Source: Mobula hypostoma
Taxonomy: Eukaryota
NCBI RefSeq assembly: GCF_963921235.1
Contig: NC_086097.1
Span: forward strand, 130,202,001-130,266,000
Length of the DNA stretch: 64,000 nt
Direction of reading: 5' to 3'
The translations under genes were made by a program, and so were the position numbers. Numbering within the stretch: the first letter of the stretch is position 1; every line of letters begins with the position of its first letter. A model generated the notes under the pieces. The model saw only the letters and a program-made list of their open reading frames with translations, searched no databases and was not told where the DNA came from. Positions 63,631 through 64,000 of this stretch are shown piece after piece.

Positions 63631-64000
63631 ATCACATATAATTGGGCCACAAAAAATTCCAATTCCAGTTCTAACAGATCAAAATTGGAGTAGTACAGAT
63701 TTGTCCAGAGGGAAAGTGGAGAGCTTATAGAGATAGGAAACTGAATGGAGGGAGCTGAAAACAAGCCTGAGAGTTGTGAGATATTGTCCCATGGCTGCTG
63801 GCATTCATGCATCATCACATACTGTAAGTAGCCCAATCTCCCTATGTCTCATCGATTCACAAACTGAATACAAACAGATTAAACCAGTGAGTTTCTCAGT
63901 ATTAGTTGTTTTACAACAAAGTCAATCTTTCCAAATAATTATCCATTGACTTCCGCTCATCAATTTTTTCCAGGGATCCTGAATCCTCTTTCCTCAATTT

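Noticed and set aside
1..64000. Prokaryotic systems (CRISPR arrays, operons, retrons) or intact autonomous retroelements
   Set aside because: No regularly spaced repeat-spacer array was seen, and every RT, integrase and transposase ORF is broken by stops, frameshifts or deletions.

Overview
Eukaryotic, repeat-dominated genomic DNA. The repeat repertoire (CR1, Rex1/Babar, Penelope, V-SINE, Deu-SINE, Gypsy) suggests a cartilaginous fish, probably a ray; this is inference. The only host gene recognised is CTDP1/FCP1: coding exon 1 on the minus strand (15165-14846) inside a CpG-island promoter. Positions 1-14845 read as intron 1 (exon 2 not found) and 15.4-64 kb as upstream intergenic DNA. Nearly all other long ORFs are decayed transposon fragments. 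Highlights: (1) a young, TSD-flanked 100-bp fold-back of a Penelope terminus in CTDP1 intron 1 carrying an intact minimal hammerhead-ribozyme core on both strands, with decayed relatives across the window; (2) a composite Tigger-like element with MER46C-like TIRs enclosing a Buster/Charlie9-like hAT transposase fragment and a MER2-like segment, all resembling mammalian repeats; (3) a ~13.5 kb multi-layer nested transposon stack at 38.6-52 kb; (4) Deu-domain SINE relics flanking the CTDP1 promoter. All family names are from recall, not database searches.
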